Positions 1 to 10,220 of a DNA stretch of 53,440 nucleotides are shown here, one piece after another. This stretch comes from an uncultured Bacilli bacterium (lineage in GTDB: Bacteria > Bacillota_I > Bacilli_A > RF39 > UBA660), in the NCBI GenBank assembly GCA_947588935.1, contig CANQAU010000001.1:1-53440 (forward strand), in the 5' to 3' direction. The translations under genes and the position numbers were made by a program. Position 1 is the first letter of the stretch; every line of letters begins with the position of its first letter. The notes under the pieces were generated by a model. It had not been told where the DNA came from and did no database searches. It was given only the letters and a program-made list of their open reading frames with translations.

Positions 1-226
1 TGCAAAAGAACTTGCCAATCTTTTGCACGGAATGAATGTATATGTGAATTTAATTCCGTATAACGAAACCAATCATTTAGAATTTAAAAAAAGTAGCAAA
101 ATGCAGATTTCTGCGTTTTATGATACCCTAAAAAAGAATAAAATAAATGTAACCATTCGAAAAGAATTTGGCAGTAAAATCTCGGCTGCCTGTGGGCAAT
201 TAAGAAGCAAAGAGGTGGAAAAGTGA
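1..226 (+). CDS. rlmN: RlmN (radical-SAM 23S rRNA/tRNA adenine-C2 methyltransferase), C-terminal fragment. The 5' end lies outside the window.
   Basis: The open frame runs from the window edge. The tail ...VNLIPYNE...VTIRKEFGSKISAACGQLRSKE matches the conserved RlmN C-terminus (NLIPxN, AACGQLR). It sits in the conserved position upstream of stp-prkC. Confidence 0.6.
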   Translation, partial: AKELANLLHGMNVYVNLIPYNETNHLEFKKSSKMQISAFYDTLKKNKINVTIRKEFGSKISAACGQLRSKEVEK

Positions 227-969
227 AATCATTTTATTTGACCGATGCCGGAAAAGTAAGAAGTCATAATGAAGATAGTGTCACCATATTAAAAAATGGA
301 AACAATGAATATTTGTTAATGGTCGCAGATGGAATGGGAGGACATCGAGCTGGAGAAGTCGCATCAAGTCTTGCCGTCACTCATTTTGGAAAACGATTTA
401 CATCGATGAGCAGTATTGGTTCCAAATTAGATGCCGTCAACTGGATGACGGATAATACGAATGAAGTAAATAAACAAATCCTGGATTATGCCGAAGAAAA
501 TCCAAATTCCAAAGGACTAGGGACAACGCTTGTCTTAGCTTTACTCACGAAAGATTATTTAATTTTTGGAAATATCGGCGATTCCTCTGGATATGTCGTA
601 AAAAACAAGAAATTGCATAAAATAACAAAAGATCATACGCTCGTCAATCTATTAGTGCAAGCAGGAGATTTAACCGAAGAAGAAGCCAAATTTCATCCAA
701 AGAAAAATGTGTTGATGAAAGCGTTAGGTGCCAGTGAAAAAGCAGAGCTCGACATCTTTGATGTAGAACGAGACGTAGAAGGAATTTTGTTATGTAGCGA
801 TGGACTTACGAGTATGCTATTAAATGAGCAAATTGAAAAAGTATTAAATGATGAGGAATTAGATATTGAAGAAAAAGTAATCAAACTCATTCGGAAAAGC
901 AACGCCAGAGGGGGAACCGATAATATATCAATCGCTTATTTAATGTTAGAGAGTGGTGAAAAATTATGA
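223..969 (+). CDS. stp: PP2C-family Ser/Thr protein phosphatase (Stp/PrpC)
   Basis: PP2C motifs are present: RSHNEDS, ADGMGGH, DGLTS, GGTDNIS. The start overlaps the rlmN stop and the stop overlaps the prkC start, which is the conserved stp-prkC operon layout. Confidence 0.9.
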   Translation: MKSFYLTDAGKVRSHNEDSVTILKNGNNEYLLMVADGMGGHRAGEVASSLAVTHFGKRFTSMSSIGSKLDAVNWMTDNTNEVNKQILDYAEENPNSKGLGTTLVLALLTKDYLIFGNIGDSSGYVVKNKKLHKITKDHTLVNLLVQAGDLTEEEAKFHPKKNVLMKALGASEKAELDIFDVERDVEGILLCSDGLTSMLLNEQIEKVLNDEELDIEEKVIKLIRKSNARGGTDNISIAYLMLESGEKL

Positions 970-2732
970 TTATGAAGGGGCAAAAGATTAGTGATCGTTA
1001 CCAAATTATCAAATCGATTGGAGAAGGTGGAATGGCAAATGTCTACCTTGCTTACGATACCATTCTTGATCGAAATGTTGCGGTTAAAGTATTACGAGGC
1101 GATTTATCGACAGATGAAAAATTTGTCAGAAGATTTCAAAGAGAAGCACTTGCAGCAAGTAGTTTGAGCCATCCCAATATTGTGGAAGTGTACGATGTTG
1201 GTGAAGATAATGGTCAATACTATATCGTCATGGAATACATTGAAGGAAAACACTTAAAAGAATTATTAAAAAAACGTGGAAAACTGACAATTCCAGAAGT
1301 TATTGATATCATGCTCCAAATCACCGATGGATTAAGTGTTGCCCATGATTCTTATATCATTCACCGTGACATTAAACCCCAAAACATCATGATTGAAGAA
1401 AATGGATTAGTAAAAATTACCGATTTTGGAATTGCTATGGCCATGAATGCCACCCAATTAACCCAAACCAATTCGGTCATGGGAAGTGTTCACTACCTTC
1501 CACCGGAACAAGCAAGTGGTAAAGGTTCAACCTTACAAAGTGATATTTACTCTATGGGAATTTTAATGTACGAATTACTCACAGGAAAATTGCCTTATAA
1601 AGGAGATAATGCCGTAGAAATTGCATTAAAGCATTTAAAAGAAACATTACCGAGTATTAAAAATGAACTTCCTGATTTGCCACAAAGTATCGAAAATATC
1701 ATCATTCGGGCCACCGCAAAAAATCCCAAAAATCGATACACGGATGCCAGAGAAATGCACGAAGATTTGCTTACATGTATGGAAGAAGCAAGACTGCATG
1801 AACCAAAGATTATCTTAGAATACCCAGAAGATACAGATAATGTGAAAGTATCCAAAAAGTTAACAGAAGCTCAAAAAGAAGAAAAGAAAACAGAAAATAA
1901 AAAGGAAGAGGAAGAACCCTTGGCAAAACAAATTACCAAAAATGATTTAAAAAAGCAAAATCGATTATTGATTGTCCTTGCCTCCATTTTCACGGGATTA
2001 ATTGTTATTGTCACCTCTGTTGTCGTACTAATACCAGCCTTAACAAGACAAAAAGAAATCACTGTTCCAAATGTGGTAGGAAAAAGTGAAGAAGAAGCCA
2101 TTCAAATATTGCAAGAAGCAGGTTTTTTGGTATCGGATGAAGTAGAAACCATTGCATCTGATGAAGTCAAAGAAGGAAGTGTCGTAAAAACCAATCCAGC
2201 AACTGGTAGTAAAAGAACGACCGGAACGACTGTAACGCTTTATTTAAGCGAAGGAGATGCCAAAATTACAGTCGAAAACTATGTTGGACAAGATTACACG
2301 TACGTTCAAGGATTGCTAGAAGGAAAATTACAAGTATTCATTGAGAAAAAAGATGTTACAGATCCAGAAGTGGAACAAAATAAAGTTATCGAACAATCTG
2401 TCCCAGAAGGAACAAAATTATCAAAAGGAGACATGATTACACTCTATATTCCAAATATTGAAATATATCCTGATTTTACAAATGGAGAATATGACATCGA
2501 GGAAGTAAAAGCCTTCTTAAGTGATTATGGTGTCACGGTAACAGTAGTTGAACAAGCCGACACCACCCATACTCCAGGAACCGTCATTAAACAATCCAGA
2601 AAAGCCGGAGATCCAATTGTCAGAGGAGTTTCCATAACGATTACCGTTGCCAAAGCACCAGAACAAGAGGGAAATAAACCGAATTTACCGAACAGCGATC
2701 CAGCATGTGAAGCAGGATCAGGATTGTGCTAA
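966..2732 (+). CDS. prkC: Ser/Thr protein kinase PrkC with a TM segment and three extracellular PASTA repeats
   Basis: Hanks kinase motifs are present: GEGGMANVY, VAVK, HRDIKPQN, DFGIA. A hydrophobic TM segment (LLIVLASIFTGLIVIVTSVVVLI) is followed by three PASTA-like repeats (ITVPNVVGK..., ITVENYVGQ..., IYPDFTNGEY...). Confidence 0.9.
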   Translation: MIMKGQKISDRYQIIKSIGEGGMANVYLAYDTILDRNVAVKVLRGDLSTDEKFVRRFQREALAASSLSHPNIVEVYDVGEDNGQYYIVMEYIEGKHLKELLKKRGKLTIPEVIDIMLQITDGLSVAHDSYIIHRDIKPQNIMIEENGLVKITDFGIAMAMNATQLTQTNSVMGSVHYLPPEQASGKGSTLQSDIYSMGILMYELLTGKLPYKGDNAVEIALKHLKETLPSIKNELPDLPQSIENIIIRATAKNPKNRYTDAREMHEDLLTCMEEARLHEPKIILEYPEDTDNVKVSKKLTEAQKEEKKTENKKEEEEPLAKQITKNDLKKQNRLLIVLASIFTGLIVIVTSVVVLIPALTRQKEITVPNVVGKSEEEAIQILQEAGFLVSDEVETIASDEVKEGSVVKTNPATGSKRTTGTTVTLYLSEGDAKITVENYVGQDYTYVQGLLEGKLQVFIEKKDVTDPEVEQNKVIEQSVPEGTKLSKGDMITLYIPNIEIYPDFTNGEYDIEEVKAFLSDYGVTVTVVEQADTTHTPGTVIKQSRKAGDPIVRGVSITITVAKAPEQEGNKPNLPNSDPACEAGSGLC

Positions 2733-3562
2733 TGATAGAAGGACGCATTACCAAAATCATTAGTAATCTGTATACAGTGACAATCAATACCAAACAAATC
2801 GATTGTCAAGCAAGAGGAAAATTTCGAAAAGAAAAAATGACCCCTCTCGTAGGGGATTACTGTAAAATAGATGAAAAACAAAAATGGATTGTCGAAATCT
2901 TGCCAAGAAAAAATAGTTTAGAGCGGCCATCCATTGCCAACGTCGATTCAGCCCTGATTGTAACCGCTGTCAAAAATCCAGATTTTAGTAGTCTTTTATT
3001 AGATAAATTGCTCGTATTAACCACACTACACCATATTCATCCCATCATTTGCTTTACCAAAGTCGATTTATTAACAAAAACGGAGAGTGAAACTTATCAC
3101 AAATGGAAAGAAACGTATCAAAGAGTAGGATATGATGTAGTTGAAAATACCGAAATTTCTCGAATAAACCAATTATTGAGTCGGCAAGTCATTGTCATTA
3201 CCGGTCAAACAGGCGCTGGAAAATCGACACTAATAAATGAATTATGTCCCTCTCTCAAATTAAAAACATCCCCGATTAGTAAATCTTTAAATCGAGGAGT
3301 TCATACCACAAGACATACCGAATTATTTCCCATCAATGACTATTACATTGCCGATACACCAGGATTTTCTTCATTAGAATTAAAAGGTTACTCTCCAGAA
3401 GAAATAAAATCGGCATTCCCTGAATTTGCCAAATATTCATGCCGATATAAAGATTGCAATCACGACAAAGAAACTGATTGCAAGGTCAAAAAAGCCGTAG
3501 AAGAAGGAGAAATTTCCCTCTCTCGTTACGAATCGTATCAAAGAATAAAAAAAGAGGTGTAA
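2726..3562 (+). CDS. rsgA: Ribosome small-subunit-dependent GTPase RsgA
   Basis: It has the circularly permuted GTPase order (TKVDL ... GQTGAGKSTLIN ... DTPGF) and a C-terminal Cys/His zinc motif (CRYKDCNHDKETDC). The context after prkC is conserved. Confidence 0.9.
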   Translation: MLMIEGRITKIISNLYTVTINTKQIDCQARGKFRKEKMTPLVGDYCKIDEKQKWIVEILPRKNSLERPSIANVDSALIVTAVKNPDFSSLLLDKLLVLTTLHHIHPIICFTKVDLLTKTESETYHKWKETYQRVGYDVVENTEISRINQLLSRQVIVITGQTGAGKSTLINELCPSLKLKTSPISKSLNRGVHTTRHTELFPINDYYIADTPGFSSLELKGYSPEEIKSAFPEFAKYSCRYKDCNHDKETDCKVKKAVEEGEISLSRYESYQRIKKEV

Positions 3563-3563
3563 G

Positions 3564-4208
3564 ATGAAAGTTTCTGTTTCCATGTTAAAAACAAACAAAT
3601 CAAAAGAAGAAACCTTAAAAGAATTAGAAAATTCTTCCGCAGATTATATTCATGTCGATTTAATAGATGGATGGTATGTGGGAGAAAAAAATTTTACTTG
3701 GGAGCAAACCATCGAATTCTATCAAAATTGTCAAAAAGAATTAGATATCCATTTAATGACAATTGATGTAGAACAAAATATTGAATCGGCTTTACAACTA
3801 CATCCAGCCTTTCTTTCTTTTCATTATGAAGTAACCGAAAATATTCCCAAAATGATTGAAAAAATTAAAAAAAATGGCTGTAAAGCTGGAATAGCAATCA
3901 ATCCAAAAACCAAAGTAGAGGAGATTATTCCATTTTTAGATGCCATCGATTTAGTATTAGTATTAAGCGTCGAACCAGGGTATGGAGGACAAGATTTCAT
4001 TCCCCAAACCATTACCAAACTTCAACATTTAAAATCATTACAAAGTGAAAAAAATTTCTTAATCAGTGTGGATGGAGGAATTGATCAAACGATTGCCAAA
4101 ATGGTATCGCCATACATAGATATTTTAGTAAGTGGTTCCTATGTTTGTCTAGCAGACAATTTTGAACAAAAAATAAAAGACTTAAAACAAGCAAAGAAAA
4201 ACGAGTAA
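3564..4208 (+). CDS. rpe: Ribulose-phosphate 3-epimerase
   Basis: Rpe-like motifs (HVDLIDG, PGYGGQDF, VDGGI) and the conserved position after rsgA. Confidence 0.8.
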   Translation: MKVSVSMLKTNKSKEETLKELENSSADYIHVDLIDGWYVGEKNFTWEQTIEFYQNCQKELDIHLMTIDVEQNIESALQLHPAFLSFHYEVTENIPKMIEKIKKNGCKAGIAINPKTKVEEIIPFLDAIDLVLVLSVEPGYGGQDFIPQTITKLQHLKSLQSEKNFLISVDGGIDQTIAKMVSPYIDILVSGSYVCLADNFEQKIKDLKQAKKNE

Positions 4209-4227
4209 TCAATCAAATACTCGTTTT
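4197..4227. terminator. Bidirectional intrinsic terminator between rpe and rpmB
   Basis: A hairpin (AAAACGAGTA...TACTCGTTTT) is flanked by A-run/T-run sequence and overlaps both stop codons. Confidence 0.5.
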
Positions 4228-4384
4228 AGTTTGCTTTTTTAGCTTCTCTAGCACTAATAATTACTTTTTCTCCACGAATGGTTTTCTTTTGCAAATTTGG
4301 TTTTTGACGACTCTTCGTTGCATTACAAGCTTTACTACGAAGATTTACAGATAAAGGTTTTTTCTTTGATACGTTTTTAGCCAT
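4226..4384 (-). CDS. rpmB: 50S ribosomal protein L28
   Basis: An internal Met of the 72-aa ORF gives MAKNVSKKKPLSVNLRSKACNATKSRQKPNLQKK..., which carries the L28 signature (N-x-TKR/S-x-x-PNLQ). A GAGGTG SD lies just upstream of the ATG at 4384. It is convergent with rpe and shares a bidirectional hairpin with it. Confidence 0.8.
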   Translation of the reverse strand: MAKNVSKKKPLSVNLRSKACNATKSRQKPNLQKKTIRGEKVIISAREAKKAN

Positions 4385-4598
4385 GATATTCACCTCACAA
4401 TTTCTTTCATAAACGATTTTAACATGATTAATAGCGCAAGTCAAACGTTTACATCACGAAAAAAAAGACAAAAAAAGAAAAAATTTTTTTGAAAAAAAAG
4501 GAAATGTCAAAAAAGCAAGTAATAAGATAAATGAAGGGGAATTTTATTTCAGAAAAGATTGGTTAGTGATATAATAAACATGACGGTGGGGTGATAAA

Positions 4599-7532
4599 AT
4601 GTATGTACCTTTAAAAGTAACTTCAGATTATTCCTTATTAAAAAGTTGCATCAAAATAGAAGAATTCATAAATCTTTTAAAAGAACATAATATCACCCAA
4701 GCAGCCTTAGTAGATGAAAATCTATATGGAGTCATGGACTTCTATGATAATTGTATAAAAAATGAAATCAAACCAATCATTGGTTTAGAAATGAAATGGA
4801 ATGATCTCATCATCTATGTATATGCGAAAGATTATCAGGGATATCAAAATTTATTAAAATTACATACCATCAAAGAACAAAGAAACGTCGAAGTAACCGA
4901 TTACGAATTATATCACCATCATTTGAAAGTAATTGTTCCTTTTCAAAATAGTAATATCTGGCAAAATGTTACCGAAGTTTTTGACGATGTTTGGATAGGT
5001 TACAAGACTTATTACGAAAAAAACAACGCTTTGATTAAAACCGAGAAGATTGTTTATGTCCAAGACTTACGAGCCTTAAAAGAAGAAGATACTCGTTATT
5101 TAGATTATTTAAAAATGATTGATAAAGGAATCACTTTGCAAGAATTAGAACCAGGAAATTATGAAAATAATTATTTGACATTTCATTTAGAAGAAGAGGA
5201 TATCCAAAGTACGGAACAATTTGCCAAGGATTTAATCATCGAAATACCCAAGAATAATCGCTACATTCCGCATTTCAGTGAATCAATCGAAAATTCTTAT
5301 GAATATTTAGTTGCCCTAGCCAAGAAAGGACTACAAAAACGTTGTCAAAATCAAATACCTGAAAATTATAAAAAACGTTTAATCTATGAACTAGAAGTAA
5401 TCCAAAAAATGAATTTTGTCGATTATTTTTTAATTGTATACGATTATGTCTTGTTTGCCAAAAAAAATAAAATCTTAGTAGGACCTGGAAGAGGAAGCGC
5501 TGCTGGTTCTTTAGTGAGTTACTCTCTAGGAATTACCGATGTAGACCCCCTAAAATACAATTTGTTTTTCGAACGTTTCTTAAATCCTGAACGTATCACC
5601 ATGCCAGATATTGATATTGATTTTGAATTTACCAAACGTGGGAAAGTCATTGAGTATGTCAAAGAAAAATATCAAAAAGATTGTGTTGCGGGAATTATGA
5701 CTTTTGGAACACTAGGAAGTAAATTAGTGCTTCGAGATGTAGGAAAGACACTAAAACTCGATGCAGAGGTCATTAATAAATTTGTAACGTACATTGATCC
5801 GAAAAAAAATTTATTAGAAAATGCCGAAAATCCGCGCATCAAATGGTATTTAGAAAATAATGAAGAAGTGAAAAACTGGTATGAAATAGCCAAACATTTA
5901 GAAGGACTAAAACGGCATATCTCTACCCATGCAGCGGGTGTGGTCATTTCATCCGTTTCTCTAGATACAGTCATCCCGATTTGTTATAGTGGTGGAGAAA
6001 TGCTTACTGGCGTCACCATGTCTTATCTAGAAGAATTAGGATTATTAAAAATGGATTTTCTAGCCCTTCGAAATCTCACCATTATTGAAAATATTCTAAC
6101 CTTAATCAAAGAAGATACCAATGAAGAAATTGATTTAAATAAAATTCCTCTGGATGACCCCAAAGTTATCAAAATGTTTCATGACGCGGATACGTTGGGA
6201 ATTTTTCAATTTGAAAGTACGGGCATGACTCACTTTTTAGAAAAGTTAAAGGTCAATTCCTTTGACGATTTAGTAGCAGCCTTAGCACTTTTTCGACCTG
6301 GACCCATGGAAAATATCGATTCCTTTATTCGAAGAAAAGAAGGAAAAGAAAAAATCGACTATCTTCATCCTGATTTAAAAGAAATTTTGGAAAGTACATA
6401 TGGAATAATGGTTTATCAAGAACAAATCATGCAAATCTTATCCAAAATGGGTGGATTTCGTTTTTCAGAAAGTGACATCATCAGAAGAGCAATGAGTAAA
6501 AAGAAAAAGGAAGTCATTATCGAATACAAAGAAAAATTTATAAAAGGAGCAACCGAAAGAGGTTATGACGTAACCCTTGCCGAAAAAGTATACGATTTAA
6601 TCAGTAAATTCGCCAATTATGGATTTAATAAAGCACATTCAGTGTGTTATGCACTAATCGGCTATCAAATGGCTTATTTGAAAGTGAATTATCCCATTTA
6701 TTCCATTGCCAATTTGTTAAACATGAGTATCAATGCGGTAGATAAAACCAAAGAATACATGATAGAAGCCAAAAAGCGAAATTATCAAATTCTTCATCCG
6801 GACATTAATCGGAGTTTAAAAACATATCGCATTGAAAAAAATGCATTGATTTTACCATTTTCCGTCATTAAAAATCTAGGAATCGAATCGGCTGGAGTAA
6901 TAATAAGTGAACGAGAAAAAAATGGATTATACCAAGATTTTTTTGATTTTGTAGCAAGAACATATAAAAAAAATATCAATAAAAAAACCATCGAAAGTTT
7001 AATTGATGCTGGAGCATTTGATTCATTAGAAAAAAGCCATAGTACACTAAAAGAAAATATAGATGCAGCAATAAACTATGCTACACTAGTAAGTGATTTA
7101 GAAGAATCACTCATGCAAGATATGGATGAATACCTAGTCATGAAACCAACCTTAAAAAGAGTGGAAGAACAACCCATAGACATCCGAAGTAAAGAATTAG
7201 AAACCTTTGGATTTTATATCAGCAACCATCCATCAAGCAAATATAATGATCCAAAAATAACCAAATTAGATCAAATGGAAAAATATTTTGATAAATATGT
7301 CACATGCATTGTCGTAATTGAAAATATTCGTCGAATCGAAACCAAACAAAAAGAACCGATGGCCTTTGTGCGTGCCAGTGATGAAACGATGTCCAAAGAT
7401 TTTGTCGTATTTAAAAATGTGTACCCATTATTAAATCAGTTAGAAAAAAATGACTTGGTCCAAATAGAAGGAAAAGTAACCAAACGATTTGATAAATATC
7501 AAATTAATGTAACCAATATAATCAAACAGTAA
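4599..7532 (+). CDS. dnaE: DNA polymerase III alpha subunit, DnaE type
   Basis: DnaE palm/fingers motifs are present: GPGRGSAAGSLVSYSLGITDVDP, ERFLNPERITMPDIDIDF, FNKAHS. The N-terminal PHP region lacks the usual HxH (PLKVTSDYS). Confidence 0.9.
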   Translation: MYVPLKVTSDYSLLKSCIKIEEFINLLKEHNITQAALVDENLYGVMDFYDNCIKNEIKPIIGLEMKWNDLIIYVYAKDYQGYQNLLKLHTIKEQRNVEVTDYELYHHHLKVIVPFQNSNIWQNVTEVFDDVWIGYKTYYEKNNALIKTEKIVYVQDLRALKEEDTRYLDYLKMIDKGITLQELEPGNYENNYLTFHLEEEDIQSTEQFAKDLIIEIPKNNRYIPHFSESIENSYEYLVALAKKGLQKRCQNQIPENYKKRLIYELEVIQKMNFVDYFLIVYDYVLFAKKNKILVGPGRGSAAGSLVSYSLGITDVDPLKYNLFFERFLNPERITMPDIDIDFEFTKRGKVIEYVKEKYQKDCVAGIMTFGTLGSKLVLRDVGKTLKLDAEVINKFVTYIDPKKNLLENAENPRIKWYLENNEEVKNWYEIAKHLEGLKRHISTHAAGVVISSVSLDTVIPICYSGGEMLTGVTMSYLEELGLLKMDFLALRNLTIIENILTLIKEDTNEEIDLNKIPLDDPKVIKMFHDADTLGIFQFESTGMTHFLEKLKVNSFDDLVAALALFRPGPMENIDSFIRRKEGKEKIDYLHPDLKEILESTYGIMVYQEQIMQILSKMGGFRFSESDIIRRAMSKKKKEVIIEYKEKFIKGATERGYDVTLAEKVYDLISKFANYGFNKAHSVCYALIGYQMAYLKVNYPIYSIANLLNMSINAVDKTKEYMIEAKKRNYQILHPDINRSLKTYRIEKNALILPFSVIKNLGIESAGVIISEREKNGLYQDFFDFVARTYKKNINKKTIESLIDAGAFDSLEKSHSTLKENIDAAINYATLVSDLEESLMQDMDEYLVMKPTLKRVEEQPIDIRSKELETFGFYISNHPSSKYNDPKITKLDQMEKYFDKYVTCIVVIENIRRIETKQKEPMAFVRASDETMSKDFVVFKNVYPLLNQLEKNDLVQIEGKVTKRFDKYQINVTNIIKQ

Positions 7533-7544
7533 GGAAGTAGTTAT

Positions 7545-10220
7545 ATGAAGGAAGTAAAACGTTTTTTTGATAGCATTAGCTTTCAAGAAGAAGAATTTTT
7601 AAAGGATACGACGATTGAAAAAGTCCTATTAAAAAAACAAAGTCAAGAATTTGAAGTTTATTTGCATCGCCCTTTTGCTATGCCTTATAACAGTTATAAA
7701 AATCTTTTAAATTGTGCAGAAAAGGGGATTTATCAAACATCAAAAGTAAAAATCAAAATGCACTATGACGAAATCAGAAAAGATGACATCATCGATTACA
7801 TTACCAATATCAAAAAAGAATTAATTGAAGAAAAACCATCCCTCATGGGAATGAAAGATACCAATATTTTATATGATGAAGATATCATCACTTTTGAAGT
7901 AACAAGTATTTACGAAGAATCTGAAATCAAAAAAGAAGCAAAAAAAATCAAAGAAAAATTAATGATGGCTGGACTGGGGGATATCGAAATTTCCACTTTT
8001 TTAAATTTAGATTTAAAAGAGGAAGTCAAAAAAGAAATTGAAAACAGTAAAATAAACGAACCCAAAAAAGAAGACATTTTAGAAAGAAAAGAAGGAGAAC
8101 CCATCGTTGGAAAAAAGATTGAAGGGGAACCCATTGTTATTAATAATATTATGGGAGATATGAAAAATGTCATCTTAGAAGTTTTTGTTTTTGACAAAGA
8201 AACAATGGAAAGAGAAACCATTAATATCTTAACGTTGAAAATCTCAGATAAAACCAATAGCATTTTAGCTAAAATTTTTAAAAAGAAAAAAGATGAATTT
8301 AAAACAGTGGAGAAAGCCATTAAAATTGGCAAATGGTATCGAGTACAAGGAAATGTCGAATTTGATAACTTTGCCAAAGATTTAGTTTTAGCCATTCGAA
8401 ATATGGAAGAGATTCCTTCAAAAGATGAAGTCATTCAAGATGAAGAACCAGAAAAAAGAGTAGAATTACACGCCCATACCATGATGAGTGCAATGGATGG
8501 TGTCATTGAAGGAAAAGATTTGGTAAATTATGCAATGAAATTAGGACACAAAGCCGTTGCCGTAACCGATCATAACTGTGTTCAATCTTTTCCAGAAATG
8601 TATCACGCCGTTCGCGATTACAACAAAGGAAAAGAAGGTAGCGATCGCTTTAAAGTGCTGTATGGTGCAGAGCTAAACGTTGTCAACGATGACATTGATG
8701 TCGTATATAATCCAAAAGAATATAACTTTTTAAATGAAACATTTGTTGTATTTGATACTGAAACGACCGGATTTTATGCCGGCCATGATCAGATGATTGA
8801 AATTGGTGCCGTCAAAATCAAAAACGGAGAAATTATCGACCGTTTTGATGAACTCATCGATCCTCATCGTCCGATTCCTACCAAAATTACCGAATTAACC
8901 TTTATCACCGATGAAATGGTCCAAGGAAAAGACAACGAAGAACAAGTCACCAAACGCTTTTTAAAATGGGCTCAAGATTTCCCAATGGTTGCGCATAACG
9001 CCAAGTTTGATATTTCCTTTATGTCTTCAGCGATGAATAAATATGGTTTAGGATCATTTACTAACACCGTCGTCGATACCATGAGTTTAGCCAGAATTTT
9101 AAACCCAGATTGGGCAAATCATAAACTCCAAACATTGACAAGAAAATACAACATCGAATGGGACGAAGAAAAGCACCATCGTGCTGATTATGATGCAGAA
9201 GGAACTGCCTTAGCATTCTATAAGATGTGTAAAGTTTTATATGATCGAAATATTGAAACAACCATGGACCTATATAAATCGATTGACATTGATTCACTGA
9301 TTCGTTTCTCTTATCCTTTTCACGCCACCATACTATCTCAAAACCGCGAAGGATTAAAAAATTTATTTAAAATTATCTCCATCGCTAACACAAAATATTT
9401 ATATAAAAACGAACAGCCAAAAATTCCACGCCAAGAAATCCAAAATCTGAGAAAAGGATTATTAATTGGCAGTGGTTGTATTAACGGTGAAATTTTCAAT
9501 GCAGCGATGACGAAAGATGATGAAGAATTAGTCAATATGATGAGTTTTTATGATTACATTGAGGTCCAACCAATCAGTGCCTGCTTGCATTTAGTCGGAG
9601 AAAATAGAACCTTCCAAACGACATTAGAACTACAACAAAATATTGAAAAGATCATTCGTGTCGCCAAATCCGCCGGAAAGCCAGTGGTTGCCACCAGCGA
9701 TGCCCATCATCTGACCAAAGAAGATAAAATATATCGAGAAATTATTATTAATCAGAAATTCAATGGTCGCTTGCATCCATTAAATCGAAAAGGAATGACC
9801 GTACCGGATATGCATTTATTAACCACGAGAGAAATGTTGGATGAATTTTCCTTTTTAGACGAAGAAACAGCCAAAGAAATTGTCATTACCAATCCAAATA
9901 AAATTGCCGATAGCATTGAAGAAATTGAAGTCATCATTGAAACCGGAGGAATTCCCTTTGCACCAATCATTGAAAATTCACAGATGACTGTTACCAATAT
10001 GGTTTATGAAAAAGCCAAAGAGTGGTATGGAGATCCGCTCCCTTATCACATTGAAGAGCGAATTGCACTAGAACTTTACGGTGCATCATTTATTGATGCA
10101 ATCAAAAAGAATGCCAAAGAGGATGAAAAAGAAATTTATAAACGGATGCATGAAGTTGTCATAAAAGGACCCGATGCCGTTCAAGAAGAAATTTATGAAA
10201 GTCTTAGAATCCTCAGATGA
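7545..10220 (+). CDS. polC: PolC (Gram-positive replicative DNA polymerase III), N-terminal portion with PHP and DEDD exonuclease domains. It is terminated by a frame change.
   Basis: Motifs: VELHAHTMMSAMDG (PHP), VVFDTETTGF...HNAKFDISF...HRADYDAE (DEDDh proofreading exonuclease). The frame ends at the TGA at 10218-10220, while the rest of PolC continues in the +1 frame. Confidence 0.85.
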   Translation: MKEVKRFFDSISFQEEEFLKDTTIEKVLLKKQSQEFEVYLHRPFAMPYNSYKNLLNCAEKGIYQTSKVKIKMHYDEIRKDDIIDYITNIKKELIEEKPSLMGMKDTNILYDEDIITFEVTSIYEESEIKKEAKKIKEKLMMAGLGDIEISTFLNLDLKEEVKKEIENSKINEPKKEDILERKEGEPIVGKKIEGEPIVINNIMGDMKNVILEVFVFDKETMERETINILTLKISDKTNSILAKIFKKKKDEFKTVEKAIKIGKWYRVQGNVEFDNFAKDLVLAIRNMEEIPSKDEVIQDEEPEKRVELHAHTMMSAMDGVIEGKDLVNYAMKLGHKAVAVTDHNCVQSFPEMYHAVRDYNKGKEGSDRFKVLYGAELNVVNDDIDVVYNPKEYNFLNETFVVFDTETTGFYAGHDQMIEIGAVKIKNGEIIDRFDELIDPHRPIPTKITELTFITDEMVQGKDNEEQVTKRFLKWAQDFPMVAHNAKFDISFMSSAMNKYGLGSFTNTVVDTMSLARILNPDWANHKLQTLTRKYNIEWDEEKHHRADYDAEGTALAFYKMCKVLYDRNIETTMDLYKSIDIDSLIRFSYPFHATILSQNREGLKNLFKIISIANTKYLYKNEQPKIPRQEIQNLRKGLLIGSGCINGEIFNAAMTKDDEELVNMMSFYDYIEVQPISACLHLVGENRTFQTTLELQQNIEKIIRVAKSAGKPVVATSDAHHLTKEDKIYREIIINQKFNGRLHPLNRKGMTVPDMHLLTTREMLDEFSFLDEETAKEIVITNPNKIADSIEEIEVIIETGGIPFAPIIENSQMTVTNMVYEKAKEWYGDPLPYHIEERIALELYGASFIDAIKKNAKEDEKEIYKRMHEVVIKGPDAVQEEIYESLRILR

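Noticed and set aside
7910-8434. A 174-aa minus-strand ORF, along with many other 60-117-aa antisense ORFs in the track (for example 693-902, 1595-2101, 5672-5974, 44985-45311, 51976-52496).
   Set aside because: All lie entirely inside long, well-supported genes on the opposite strand. They have low-complexity Ser/Phe/Leu-rich translations and lack an SD, as expected for chance ORFs in AT-rich DNA.
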